In this document: piece by piece, positions 18,166 through 27,866 of the stretch | Numbering within the stretch: position 1 is the first letter of the stretch | Layout of the letters: every line of letters begins with the position of its first letter | Assembly: GCA_022820995.1 (NCBI GenBank) | Contig: JAJEEM010000059.1 | Location: 71,677-135,676 of the forward strand | Reading direction: 5' to 3' | DNA: 64,000 nucleotides | Origin: Gemmatimonadota bacterium | GTDB taxonomy: Bacteria; Gemmatimonadota; Gemmatimonadetes; Palauibacterales; Palauibacteraceae | Notes under the pieces: model-generated | What the model saw: the letters and a program-made list of their open reading frames with translations, nothing else | Database searches by the model: none | Told to the model about the DNA's origin: nothing | Made by a program: the position numbers and the translations under genes

Positions 18166-19857
18166 CTACAATTCGCCGCGGTTCTTCGCCCAGAGGGCGT
18201 AGTGGCAGGCGCGGGCGGTGAGGGCCATGTAGGTGAGAGAGGGGTTCTGGCAGGCGGATGAGGGCATCGCCGCGCCATCGATCACGAACAGGTTCGGCGC
18301 GTCCCACGCCTGGTTGTAGCCGTTGAGGACGGAGGTCGCCGGATCCCGCCCCATCCGCGCCGTCCCCATCTCGTGGATCGTGAGGCCCGGCGCCGTGAGG
18401 TCCGTGAGCAACTCGACGTCGGCGCCGCCGCCGGCTTCCAGCATCTCCGCGGCGCGGTCCGCGCTGTCCCGCATCATCAGGCGCTCGTTGTCGCTCCACT
18501 CGCAGTGGATGCGGAGGGCGGGGATCCCCCATGCGTCGACGCGCTCCGGGTCGAGTTCGATGTAGTTCTCCTCGCGCGGGAGACACTCCCCGAAGGCGCC
18601 GAGTTCGAACTCCCACACCCCGGGTTCCGTGAGCCGGCGCTTGTATTCCGCCCCGAAGCCCGGCATGTCGAGGCCGCGGCTCCAGCCCTGCCGCGTGGAC
18701 CAGCCCTGGTAGCCGTAACCCCGGATGAAGTCGGGCGAGGGTTCCGTCACGTTGCGGAAGCGCGGGATGTAGATCCCGTTCGGACGCTCGCCGGTATAGC
18801 CGTGGTTCTCCCAGCCCGGGAACTTCGCCTTCGCCCCCGTGCTCATGGTGTGATCCATGAGATAGCGGCCGAGGACCCCGCTCGAGTTCGCGAGTCCATC
18901 CGGGAAGTCGGCGGACGTCGAGTGGAGGAGAATCCGCGTCGACTCGAGCGCGGAGGCGCCCAGCATGACCATCTCCCCGAAGAACTCCAGATCCTCCCCC
19001 GTCCGGCGGTCGATGACGCGCACGCCCGCGACGCGGCCGCGGGCGGGGTCCCAGATCACGCTGTGCACGACGCTGTCCGGGCGCAGCGTCATCCGGCCCG
19101 TGGCCTCGGCGGCGGGGAGGGTGGCGTTGAGCGAACTGAAGTAGCTCTTCGTGATGCAGCCGCGGTGGCAGGGACCGCAGTAGTGGCAGGCGCTCCGTCC
19201 CTTGTGGTCGCGGGTGAGGACGGCCGTGCGCCCGATCGTCATCATCCGGGTGTCGCCGAAGTCGCGCGCGATCGCCTCCTTCACAGCGTTCTCGACGCAG
19301 GTCATCTGCATGGGAGGCAGGAGGACGCCGTCGGGCAGTTGGGGAAGTCCCTCCGGCTGGCCGCTGATGCCCACGAACTCCTCGACGTGCGCGTACCACG
19401 GGGCGAGGTCCGAGTAGCGGATCGGCCAGTCGACCCCGATGCCGTCGCGCGCGTTGGCCTCGAAGTCGAGGTCGCTGAGGCGGTACGACTGCCGCGCCCA
19501 CATGATCGAGCGCCCGCCGACCTGGCGCCCCCGGATCCACAGGAACGGCTTCTCGTCGGGCGTCGTGTAGGGGTTCTCGATGTCGTTGACGAAGAACTTC
19601 CGGCCCATCTCGTCGCAGGCGTAGCACTCGCGCTGCACGGGCTGCTCGGTGGCGAGCGCCTTGCGGTCGTTCCAGCCGCGGTACGGCATCCGGTACGGGG
19701 GCACGTGCTCGACGTAGTCCCGTTCGGGGACGATCATGGGGCCCGCCTCGAGCACCAGCGTGCGGAGGCCCAGTTCGGTGAGTTCCTTCGCGGCCCAGCC
19801 GCCCGTGATCCCCGAGCCGACGACGATCGCGTCCCAGATCTCCTGCCGGCGGTTCAC
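18166..19857 (-). CDS. GMC-family FAD oxidoreductase, large flavoprotein subunit (gluconate-2-dehydrogenase/glycoside-3-dehydrogenase-like)
   Basis: Trimmed to GTG 19857 (VNRRQEIWDAIVVGSGITGGWAAKEL = FAD GxGxxG); C-terminal ...FVIDGAAMPSSACQNPSLTYMALTAR (GMC C-term). GTGA overlap with small subunit stop. Confidence 0.8.
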   Translation of the reverse strand: MNRRQEIWDAIVVGSGITGGWAAKELTELGLRTLVLEAGPMIVPERDYVEHVPPYRMPYRGWNDRKALATEQPVQRECYACDEMGRKFFVNDIENPYTTPDEKPFLWIRGRQVGGRSIMWARQSYRLSDLDFEANARDGIGVDWPIRYSDLAPWYAHVEEFVGISGQPEGLPQLPDGVLLPPMQMTCVENAVKEAIARDFGDTRMMTIGRTAVLTRDHKGRSACHYCGPCHRGCITKSYFSSLNATLPAAEATGRMTLRPDSVVHSVIWDPARGRVAGVRVIDRRTGEDLEFFGEMVMLGASALESTRILLHSTSADFPDGLANSSGVLGRYLMDHTMSTGAKAKFPGWENHGYTGERPNGIYIPRFRNVTEPSPDFIRGYGYQGWSTRQGWSRGLDMPGFGAEYKRRLTEPGVWEFELGAFGECLPREENYIELDPERVDAWGIPALRIHCEWSDNERLMMRDSADRAAEMLEAGGGADVELLTDLTAPGLTIHEMGTARMGRDPATSVLNGYNQAWDAPNLFVIDGAAMPSSACQNPSLTYMALTARACHYALWAKNRGEL

Positions 19858-20465
19858 GGCTGTCCCCCGGGGCGGCCCTCGCCGGTCCCGTACTGGTCGA
19901 GGAGAACGCACCCCTCGAAGGCGCCCGGGATGATCCGGTAGCCCAGCGAGCGCAGGCCGGGCTCCGACGTGAAGTAGCCGGCGAGCGTGAAGCGCTTCAT
20001 GTCGTAGAAGAAGGTCTGCTTCTCGTCGATCGCGGGATCCCGGCGACGGCTGTCGAGGTCCTCGTCCATCCGCCCGACGAGGTCCGCCTGCTGGGCGGAC
20101 GTGCAGTCGGCGAAGGCGGCGCCGTGGGCCGACAGGGCGAGGGGATCCACCTCGTCCAGGCCGGCGAGGAAACGGTCGCGGTCCGACGCGTCCAGCCACC
20201 CGGTCAGGAGGGCATCGACGAATGCGGTAACGCCCGCCTCGCTCGCGCCGGGCGTGTCCGTCCGGGGGATGATGGTCTCGGCGAGCGCCGTCACCGTCCG
20301 CGCCTGCGCGGGCGTGAGCGTCGCGGGCGGCGCGCCGCCGACCGGGCCGGCCACCGACCGGATGCGCTGCCCCAGCGCCAGGGCCTCCGCCACCGCGCTC
20401 CCCGGAGCCAGCAGCGGCGCGCCCGCGGCCACACCGATGATCTCGATAGCCCTGCGCCGTTTCAC
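19854..20465 (-). CDS. gluconate 2-dehydrogenase subunit-3-family small subunit with TAT signal
   Basis: GTG 20465 with GGGAGGA SD; VKRRRAIEIIGVAAGAPLLAPGSAVA (TAT); LTPAQARTVTALAETIIPRTDTPGASEAGVTAFVD typical of this family. Confidence 0.75.
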   Translation of the reverse strand: MKRRRAIEIIGVAAGAPLLAPGSAVAEALALGQRIRSVAGPVGGAPPATLTPAQARTVTALAETIIPRTDTPGASEAGVTAFVDALLTGWLDASDRDRFLAGLDEVDPLALSAHGAAFADCTSAQQADLVGRMDEDLDSRRRDPAIDEKQTFFYDMKRFTLAGYFTSEPGLRSLGYRIIPGAFEGCVLLDQYGTGEGRPGGQP

Positions 20466-20575
20466 AGTCGGTCCTCCCGGCCGGCATCGACGCGCGCGGG
20501 CGGCGGGGGCGCCGCCGCGCTCCGCCAACATAGCACGGTTCGACGCCGACCGTGGCGCGCGACATATTGCGACGC

Positions 20576-21454
20576 ATGGACAGACGGAGATTCGTACGGA
20601 ACTCGCTCGGAGCCGGGCTCCTCCTCACGCACGCCGGGCGCTCGGCGGCCGCGGACGCCCGATCGCTCCCCGAGGCCCGATCGCTGCCGGACGCGTGGGG
20701 GCTCCAACTCTACACGGTGCGGTCGCTGATGGCGCGCGATGTCGAGCGCACCCTCGCCGCCGTCGCCCGCATCGGTTACGGCGAGGTGGAGTTCGCCGGC
20801 TACTTCGGCCGCTCGCCGGCCCAGATCCGAACCGCGCTGGAGGCGGAAGGCCTCACGGCCCCCGCGGTCCACCTGTCGCTCGAGGAACTCCGGTCGAACT
20901 TCGACGAGGCCGCCGACGCGGCGGCGGAGATCGGACACAGGTATCTCGTCCTCCCCTACCTGGCGGGTCCCGAGCGGCCCGGAGGCGACGGCGCCGCCGG
21001 ATCGGCCCTCGTGGACGGATACCGGCGGCTCGCGGACGAATTCAACCAGCTCGGGGCACGGTGCCGCGAGGCCGGGCTCGTCTTCGCCTATCACAACCAC
21101 GACTTCGAACTGGAAGAGGTGAACGGCCTCCGTCTCCTCGACGTGATGATCGAGAACACCGACCCCGAACTCGTCCGCTACGAGGTCGACTTCTACTGGC
21201 TCGTACACGGCGGCGGCGACCCCTTCGACTACATCAGCCGCTTCCCCGGCCGCTTCGACCTCTGTCACGTGAAGGACCGGACGGCGGACGGCGAGATGGT
21301 GGATGTGGGCGCGGGCGAGATCGACTTCGAGGCGATCTTCGAGCGCTCCGATGAGGCGGGACTCATCCACTACTTCGTCGAGCACGATGCGCCCGGCGAT
21401 CCGATCGGGTCGGTGCGCGCGAGCTACGAGCACCTCGCCTCGTTCGATGGCTGA
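20576..21454 (+). CDS. sugar phosphate isomerase/epimerase (xylose-isomerase-like TIM barrel) with TAT signal
   Basis: MDRRRFVRNSLGAGLLLTHAGRSAAA TAT signal; ...GYGEVEF...HNHDFELEE...DLCHVKD TIM-barrel family pattern. Confidence 0.7.
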   Translation: MDRRRFVRNSLGAGLLLTHAGRSAAADARSLPEARSLPDAWGLQLYTVRSLMARDVERTLAAVARIGYGEVEFAGYFGRSPAQIRTALEAEGLTAPAVHLSLEELRSNFDEAADAAAEIGHRYLVLPYLAGPERPGGDGAAGSALVDGYRRLADEFNQLGARCREAGLVFAYHNHDFELEEVNGLRLLDVMIENTDPELVRYEVDFYWLVHGGGDPFDYISRFPGRFDLCHVKDRTADGEMVDVGAGEIDFEAIFERSDEAGLIHYFVEHDAPGDPIGSVRASYEHLASFDG

Positions 21455-22385
21455 CGGGTCCGGGCCCGGCAACGAAAGGCGGGTCACCCGCCGCGACGCC
21501 CTGCGCGCGACGGGCGCCGCCTCCCTCGGCCTCCTCGTCGGCGGCGGCGCGAACCCCGCATCCGCGCTCGCCGCCGGGGCGGGAGGGCCGGGTCGGGACG
21601 CGCCCTCCGCCCGCCGGTCCGCCAACGCCATCACGCAGTCCGTGGCGCGCTGGTGCTTCGAGGATATCCCGCTCGTCCCCTTCTGCGAGGGCGTGGCCGA
21701 CATGGGTCTCACCGCGATGGACCTGCTCACGGTCGAGGAATGGCCCGTCGCGCACGACCACGGCCTCACCGTCTCGTGCGGCGACGTGGCCGCCGGGACG
21801 ATCGAGGACGGCCTCAACGTGACTGAAAACCATGCGGGCATCATCGAGGCCTTCGAACGCCGCATCCCGCACGCGGCCCGCGTCGATGTCCCCAACGTGA
21901 TCTGCTTCTTCGGCAACCGCCGAGGGATGGAAAACGGCGTCGGCATCGAAAACTCCATCCGCTGCCTCGAGGCGTGCGCCCCGATCGCCGAGTCCGAGGG
22001 CGTCACGATCCTCGTCGAGGTCCTCAACTCGAAACCCGGCGGACACGTCGACTACATCGGCGACCGCATGGAGTACGCGCTCGAGATCATCCGGGCCGTC
22101 GACTCGCCCCGCGTGAAGATCCTCTACGACATCTACCACATGCAGATCATGGAAGGGGACATCATCCGCACGCTGACGGACGCGAGCCCCTGGATCGGCC
22201 ACTACCACACCGGCGGCGTCCCGGGGCGGGCCGAGATCGATGACACGCAGGAACTGAACTATCCCCCGATCGTCCGGGCGATCGCGGACACGGGTTTCGA
22301 GGGCTTCATGGCCCACGAGTTCATCCCTCGGAGCGGCGACCCCCTGCGCTCGCTGCGCGAAGCCGTGGAGCTGTGCGCCGTCTGA
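21447..22385 (+). CDS. hydroxypyruvate-isomerase-like (Hyi) xylose-isomerase-like TIM barrel protein with TAT signal
   Basis: RRVTRRDALRATGAASLGLLVGGGANPASALA TAT signal; ILVEVLNSKPGGHVDYIGD...KILYDIYHMQIMEGD...GHYHTGG Hyi-like. Confidence 0.7.
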   Translation: MADGSGPGNERRVTRRDALRATGAASLGLLVGGGANPASALAAGAGGPGRDAPSARRSANAITQSVARWCFEDIPLVPFCEGVADMGLTAMDLLTVEEWPVAHDHGLTVSCGDVAAGTIEDGLNVTENHAGIIEAFERRIPHAARVDVPNVICFFGNRRGMENGVGIENSIRCLEACAPIAESEGVTILVEVLNSKPGGHVDYIGDRMEYALEIIRAVDSPRVKILYDIYHMQIMEGDIIRTLTDASPWIGHYHTGGVPGRAEIDDTQELNYPPIVRAIADTGFEGFMAHEFIPRSGDPLRSLREAVELCAV

Positions 22386-22394
22386 ACCGCACCG

Positions 22395-23783
22395 TCAGGG
22401 ACCGCGACTCCCGTCGCCCCGAGCCAGTTCCGACTGCCTCTTCCCCAACCACAGCGCGATCATCAGCCACAGTCCCGCCAGCGGGACCATGGTGAACGCC
22501 AGCGCGGAGCTTCCCATCCCGAGGGCGCGCAGGCCGGCGAAGGACCACACGCCGATCTGGTCGCCCGCCCGGTAGACGAAGAGGTCGTTGAAGTTCTTCG
22601 CCTTGTACTTGTCCCGGCGCGGAAGGACGGTGTAGAGGACCTCCCGCGTCGGCACCGCCAGCGCGAAGTTCCCGGCCCTGCGGAGCACCTGGAAGACCAC
22701 GAACATGGCGAAGACGGGCGCCATGCCCAGTACGAGAAAGCCGAGGATGCTGATGACCGGCAATATCCCGAGCGCCAGGCGCACGCCGAGCCACTTCAGG
22801 ATGCGGCCCGTCAGAAAGAGCTGGGTGCACAGCGTGAGAATGAGCACCGCGCGGTCGATGTTCGCAAAAACCGAGATCCGTTCCGCACCCGCCGCGAAGG
22901 TGCGGGAGATGATGTCCGCCTGGATGTTGTAGAGGAAGGTGGAACCGATCGTGAACAGCAGCATGAAGGCGCCGATCCCGAGCAGGTAGGGCGACGCCAG
23001 GACCCGCCGGATCCCTTCCAGCGCCGAACCCCCGATCACCGCCTCCGACGGTTCGGCGCGCGAAGCGTCCCGACCGCCGTCCGCCACGCCGTCCGCAACG
23101 ACGCCGGAGCCCTCGTCCCCGGCGTCCGGGCCCCCGCCCGCCGCCGGGAGCGTCGCGCAGCGCGAATCGAGCGCCCTGAGGCAGACCACCGCGCCCTCGA
23201 GCAGCAGCACGGAGAACAGGAGGAGCGTGGCGGGCGACAGGAATCCCACCAGGACGGCCGTGATCGAGGAGCCGACGATCCCCCCCACGGTCCCGCCGAC
23301 GCCGATGAGGCCGAAGAGCCGACGGCTCTGGCGCTCGCGGAAGATGTCGGTCATGAACGACCAGAAGACGGAGACCACGAACAGGTTGAAGACGCTGATC
23401 CAGACGAAGAAGGTGCGGCCGACCCACACCGAGGCGGCGCCGTCGGACACGGCGCTCAGCAGCACGAAGTAGACCAGCAGGTTCAGCATGAAGAAGCGGT
23501 ACGTGACGGTCACGAACCGCCGGCGGGTCCACCGCGACACGACCGCGGCGAAGATCGGGTGCACGAGAAGCATGGCGGTCAGCGTTCCCGTGAAGAGCCA
23601 GGGGATGTTCTCGACCCCGCCCGCCACGGCCATCTCCTCGCGGATGGGCCGGATCACGTAGTACGCGGAGAGGATGAAGAAGAAGTAGAGGGCCGACAGA
23701 AGCACGAGCCGGCCCTCTTCCGGACGGGTGCCCGTCAGCCACGCGACGAGTGTGCGCGGCTCGCTTTCCGGGGGTGGGGTCAT
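22395..23783 (-). CDS. TLC-type (ATP/ADP translocase family, PF03219-like) 12-TM transporter
   Basis: LSALYFFFILSAYYVIRPIREEM N-terminal signature; multiple TM segments; ERQSRRLFGLIGVGGTVGG. Confidence 0.55.
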   Translation of the reverse strand: MTPPPESEPRTLVAWLTGTRPEEGRLVLLSALYFFFILSAYYVIRPIREEMAVAGGVENIPWLFTGTLTAMLLVHPIFAAVVSRWTRRRFVTVTYRFFMLNLLVYFVLLSAVSDGAASVWVGRTFFVWISVFNLFVVSVFWSFMTDIFRERQSRRLFGLIGVGGTVGGIVGSSITAVLVGFLSPATLLLFSVLLLEGAVVCLRALDSRCATLPAAGGGPDAGDEGSGVVADGVADGGRDASRAEPSEAVIGGSALEGIRRVLASPYLLGIGAFMLLFTIGSTFLYNIQADIISRTFAAGAERISVFANIDRAVLILTLCTQLFLTGRILKWLGVRLALGILPVISILGFLVLGMAPVFAMFVVFQVLRRAGNFALAVPTREVLYTVLPRRDKYKAKNFNDLFVYRAGDQIGVWSFAGLRALGMGSSALAFTMVPLAGLWLMIALWLGKRQSELARGDGSRGP

Positions 23784-23938
23784 GCGAAGGAAGCTCCGGG
23801 GTGGCGCTTCATTGTGGCTCTGCTTGCCGGTCGATGGAAAAAGGGATTCTCTTCAGAGAACCTCGGAACCTAACGGCGGGAGCGAACGTGGCCAGCTTGC
23901 AGGAAGTGAACGGCAATCTCGCGAGGCGCGTCCTCAAC

Positions 23939-25291
23939 ATGAGGCGGGGCGAATTCGGTCTCGCGATGATGTCCGCGCTCTTCTTCTTCCTCGTCCTCTG
24001 CGGCTACTTCTTCCTCCGTCCCGTGCGCGAGGCGATGGGCGTCGCCCGCGGGATGGACGAACTGCGCTGGCTCTTCGCCGTGACGTCGCTCGGCTCCCTG
24101 TTCGCGGTCCTCGTCTTCGGGGGCGTCGTCGCGCGGACGAACCGGCGGCGCTTCATCCCGATCGCGTACCTGTTCGTCATCGCCTGCCTGATCGGTTTCG
24201 CGACGCTGCTGATCCAGGACGTGCGGGCGGGCGGCGGACTCATCGGCACGGATGCGGAGACCGGTCTCGCGCGCGGTGTCGGGTACACGTTCTACGTGTG
24301 GCTGAGCGTCATCAACCTCTTCTCGACGAGCGTGTTCTGGGCCTTCATGGTCGATGTGTTCGACGTCGACCAGGGGAAGAGAATGTTCCCCTTCATCGGG
24401 ATCGGCGGCACGCTGGGGGCGCTCGCCGGTGGGCGCGGCGCGAGCCTCGTCAGCGGCCTCACCGAGAGTCCGTACCTGCCCGCCGGTCTCATGCTCATCG
24501 GCGCCGGCTGCTTCGCGCTGGCGATCGCCGTCATGCTGATCCTCGACCGGAGGGCCGGGGCCTCGAACCTCTCACGGCTCGGATCGGGCCCGGCGGGCGG
24601 ACCGGCGGCGGCGGACGGCGAGGCGGCGGGAACCGAAGGCGGGCGGCGCGGCGATGGGGGCACGCGGATCGGAGGCGGGGCGCTCGAAGGGCTGCGGGCC
24701 GTGTTCACCTCGCCCTACCTGCTCGGCGTCGGCCTCTGGGTCGTGTTCATGGCGATCTCGAACACCCTGATCTACTTCACGCAGGCGAACGTCATCCTCG
24801 AGGCCACGGACACGTTCAGCCAACGCGTGGGAAGCTTCGCCGACTTCGACTCGCTGGCGCAGTTCGGCACCCTGCTGACGCAGATCTTCATCACGACGCA
24901 CCTGATCCGGAAGCTCGGGGTCGGGTGGACGCTGGCCATCCTGCCCCTCGTGACCGTCCTCGGGTTCGTCGTGCTGGCGGTGTGGCCGGTCTACGGCGTG
25001 ATGATGATCTTCCAGGCCGTCCACCGCGCGACGCGCTACGCCGTGTCCCGGCCCTCCCGCGAGACGCTGTTCTCGGTCGTGCCGCCGGCCGAGAAGTACA
25101 AGGGGAAGCCGATCGTCGACGTCTTCCTGTACCGGGGCGGCGACCTGGCGGGCGCCGGCATCGACAGTCTGTTCGCGGTGCTCGGGCTGACGCTCGCGTG
25201 GGTGGCCATGTCGACGGCGCCGCTGGCCGGCATGTGGATCGCGCTCTCCATCGGGCTCGGACAGGCGCAGGCCCGACGCATCTCTTCCTGA
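23939..25291 (+). CDS. TLC-type transporter, paralog of 22395..23783, divergently transcribed
   Basis: MMSALFFFLVLCGYFFLRPVREAM..., KRMFPFIGIGGTLGALAG; same architecture; start could also be GTG 23888. Confidence 0.55.
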   Translation: MRRGEFGLAMMSALFFFLVLCGYFFLRPVREAMGVARGMDELRWLFAVTSLGSLFAVLVFGGVVARTNRRRFIPIAYLFVIACLIGFATLLIQDVRAGGGLIGTDAETGLARGVGYTFYVWLSVINLFSTSVFWAFMVDVFDVDQGKRMFPFIGIGGTLGALAGGRGASLVSGLTESPYLPAGLMLIGAGCFALAIAVMLILDRRAGASNLSRLGSGPAGGPAAADGEAAGTEGGRRGDGGTRIGGGALEGLRAVFTSPYLLGVGLWVVFMAISNTLIYFTQANVILEATDTFSQRVGSFADFDSLAQFGTLLTQIFITTHLIRKLGVGWTLAILPLVTVLGFVVLAVWPVYGVMMIFQAVHRATRYAVSRPSRETLFSVVPPAEKYKGKPIVDVFLYRGGDLAGAGIDSLFAVLGLTLAWVAMSTAPLAGMWIALSIGLGQAQARRISS

Positions 25292-25298
25292 GCCGCCC

Positions 25299-26123
25299 GT
25301 GCTGCCCGACGATCTCTTCGGCCCCGGCTCTCCGCTGCGCGTCATCGGCCACCGGGGGGCGGCGGCGTTCGCGCCCGAGAACACGCTCCCGTCCTTCGAG
25401 CACGCGGTGCGCGTGGGGGCCGACGCGGTGGAACTCGACCTCCACCGGAGCGCTGACGGCCGACTCATGGTCATCCACGATCCTGGCCTCGACCGCCTCA
25501 CCGAGGGGACGGGCCCCGTGGAGGAGCGGACGCTCGACGAGTTGCGCGCCTTCGACGCCGGATACCGCTTCACGACGGACCGCGGGAAGACGTTCCCCTT
25601 TCGGGGGACGGGCGTCGGCATTCCCACCCTCGAAGAAGTGCTGGAGTTGCTCGGGGATCTGCCCGTGATCGCGGAGATCAAGTCGGCGGCCGCGGGGCAC
25701 GAACTCGGCGCGTGGCTGCAGCGGAGCCGGAATCGCGCGGACCGCGAGCGGATCCTCGTCGGCGGCTTCGAGCGCGGGGAAGTGGAGCCCGCGAGCCGGC
25801 ACGCGCGCTGGCACTGCGCCTACCAGGACGAACTCCGCACGTACGTCCTTCTCGGCAAGGTCGGCCTCGGCCGCCGGTTCGCCCCCGCCGGTTGCGCGGC
25901 CGCCATGCTGCCGGAGCGGCAGGGCGCGCTGCGCATCGTCACGCCGCGCTTCGTTCGCCGCGCTCACGCCGACGGCATGGGAGTGTTCGTCTGGACCGTG
26001 AACGACCCCGACGACATGCGGCGCCTCCTCGACTGGGGCGTGGACGGGCTCGTGAGCGACGCCCCGGGCCGGGCCCGCCGGATCCTGGACGAGCGGGAGA
26101 TGGGGGGAGATGCCGGAGCTTGA
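25299..26123 (+). CDS. glycerophosphodiester phosphodiesterase (GDPD) family
   Basis: VIGHRGAAAFAPENTLPSFEHAVRVGADAVELDLHRSADGRLMVIHD = GDPD catalytic His/Glu/Asp pattern. Confidence 0.8.
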   Translation: MLPDDLFGPGSPLRVIGHRGAAAFAPENTLPSFEHAVRVGADAVELDLHRSADGRLMVIHDPGLDRLTEGTGPVEERTLDELRAFDAGYRFTTDRGKTFPFRGTGVGIPTLEEVLELLGDLPVIAEIKSAAAGHELGAWLQRSRNRADRERILVGGFERGEVEPASRHARWHCAYQDELRTYVLLGKVGLGRRFAPAGCAAAMLPERQGALRIVTPRFVRRAHADGMGVFVWTVNDPDDMRRLLDWGVDGLVSDAPGRARRILDEREMGGDAGA

Positions 26124-27342
26124 AGCGCGGCCGCGCACGATCCTCCACGTGGACATGGATGCATTTTATGCAGCCGTCGAGATCCGGGAGGACCCGTCGC
26201 TGCGCGGGAAGCCGGTCATCATCGGATCCGCCCCGCGCAAGGGCCGGGGCCGCGGCGTCGTCTCGACGGCGAACTACGAGGCCCGGCGCTACGGGATCCA
26301 CTCCGCGATGCCGATCTCGCAGGCGTGGCGGCGCTGCCCCGACGGCGTCTACGTGCGCCCGCGCATCGGCTTCTACGCGGAGATCTCCGGGCGGATCTTC
26401 GACATCTTCCGCTCCTTCACGGACCAGGTGGAGACGCTCTCGCTGGATGAGGCCTTCCTCGACGTGACCGCGAGCCGGCGCCTGTTCGGCACGGGACCGG
26501 AGATCGCGACCCGGATCCGGCAGCGGATCGCCGAGGAGGAACGGCTCACGGCCTCCGTCGGCGTCGCCTCCAACAAATACTTGGCGAAGGTGGCGAGCGA
26601 CCTCCGGAAGCCGGACGCGCTCGTCGTCGTGCCGCCGGGAACCGAACGGGAGTTCCTGGCGCCGCTCTCGGTATCGCGACTCTGGGGGGCGGGGCCGAAG
26701 GTGCAGGCCCGCCTGGCCCGGCTCGGTCTCCGGACGATCGGGGATGTGGCGCGCAACGAACCCGGGTTCCTCGAGGCTTCCCTGGGCGGGAAGCTGGGGA
26801 GGCGTCTGCATGAACTCGCGAACGGCCTCGACGTGCGGAGGGTCGACCCGCGGCCGGGGCGAAAGTCGCTCGGCAAGGAAGTGACCTTCCCGGAGGATGT
26901 CGAAGACCGCGCCCAGGTCGAGCGGACGCTGCTCGCCCTCTGCGAGGGGGTCGCGCGGGCGCTGCGCAGGAAGGGGATCGCGGGGCGCACCGTGCAGCTG
27001 AAGCTGCGCTGGGACGGCTTCGAGACGCACACGCGCCAGCGGACGCTCGGGCGGCCGGCGGACATGACCGAAACCATCTGGTCCGTCGCCCGGGAGCTGT
27101 TCCGGGAGGCCGACGATCCCCGCCGCCGCGTCCGGCTCATCGGCGTCAGCCTCTCCGGCTTCGACCATCCGGAGGGCCAGCAACTCGGGCTCCTGGACGA
27201 CCTCGACGGCGCGGATCCCGCCGCGGGCGACGGCGCCGCCCGGCGCGAGCTGGCGAAGACGATGGACGCCGTGGCGGACCGGTTCGGCCGGGACGCGCTG
27301 AAGCGGGCCGCCCTTCTCGACTCGAACGAGCGAGGCACATAG
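26110..27342 (+). CDS. dinB: DNA polymerase IV (Y-family)
   Basis: ILHVDMDAFYAAVEIREDPSLRGKPVIIG...SLDEAFLDVT...; overlaps GDPD gene by 14 nt. Confidence 0.9.
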   Translation: MPELEARPRTILHVDMDAFYAAVEIREDPSLRGKPVIIGSAPRKGRGRGVVSTANYEARRYGIHSAMPISQAWRRCPDGVYVRPRIGFYAEISGRIFDIFRSFTDQVETLSLDEAFLDVTASRRLFGTGPEIATRIRQRIAEEERLTASVGVASNKYLAKVASDLRKPDALVVVPPGTEREFLAPLSVSRLWGAGPKVQARLARLGLRTIGDVARNEPGFLEASLGGKLGRRLHELANGLDVRRVDPRPGRKSLGKEVTFPEDVEDRAQVERTLLALCEGVARALRRKGIAGRTVQLKLRWDGFETHTRQRTLGRPADMTETIWSVARELFREADDPRRRVRLIGVSLSGFDHPEGQQLGLLDDLDGADPAAGDGAARRELAKTMDAVADRFGRDALKRAALLDSNERGT

Positions 27343-27344
27343 CG

Positions 27345-27860
27345 ATGCAGGTATTCCCGATTCCGCCGGCCTCCGGGCGCGGCATCCTCTGGTTCTTCAT
27401 CATCATGATGGTCGTGCTCGGCGCCGTGACGCTGATGATGGGCTGGGCGGCCTGGTCCACCCGGAACAGCCGGGCCGAAATCTCGCCCGCGGGGCTGAAG
27501 CTCGTGGGAGACCTCTGGGGGCGAACGATCCCCCTCGACCGGCTCGAACTCGACGGGGCGCGCGTCGTCGACCTCCGCGGCGAACCGGACCTCGTGCCGC
27601 GCCGGCGCACCATGGGGACGGCGCTCGGCAACTACTCCGCGGGATGGTTCCGGCTCCGCAGCGGCGAGAAGGCGCTCCTCTACCTCACGGACCGGCGACG
27701 GGTGGTGTACATTCCCACGCACGACGGGTACTCGCTCCTCCTGAGCCAGAGCGAACCCCGACGCTTTCTGGACGCCCTGCACGACGCGGCCGGCGGCACG
27801 GCCGGCGACGCGACCGACAGCACGGCCGGCAACGCCGACGAAGCCTCCGAAGGAGAGTAA
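27345..27860 (+). CDS. membrane protein with bacterial PH-like (DUF304/bPH_2-type) domain
   Basis: N-terminal TM (ILWFFIIMMVVLGAVTLMMGWAAW) then YSAGWFRLRSGEKALLYLTDRRRVVYIPT. Confidence 0.45.
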   Translation: MQVFPIPPASGRGILWFFIIMMVVLGAVTLMMGWAAWSTRNSRAEISPAGLKLVGDLWGRTIPLDRLELDGARVVDLRGEPDLVPRRRTMGTALGNYSAGWFRLRSGEKALLYLTDRRRVVYIPTHDGYSLLLSQSEPRRFLDALHDAAGGTAGDATDSTAGNADEASEGE

Positions 27861-27866
27861 CGACGG

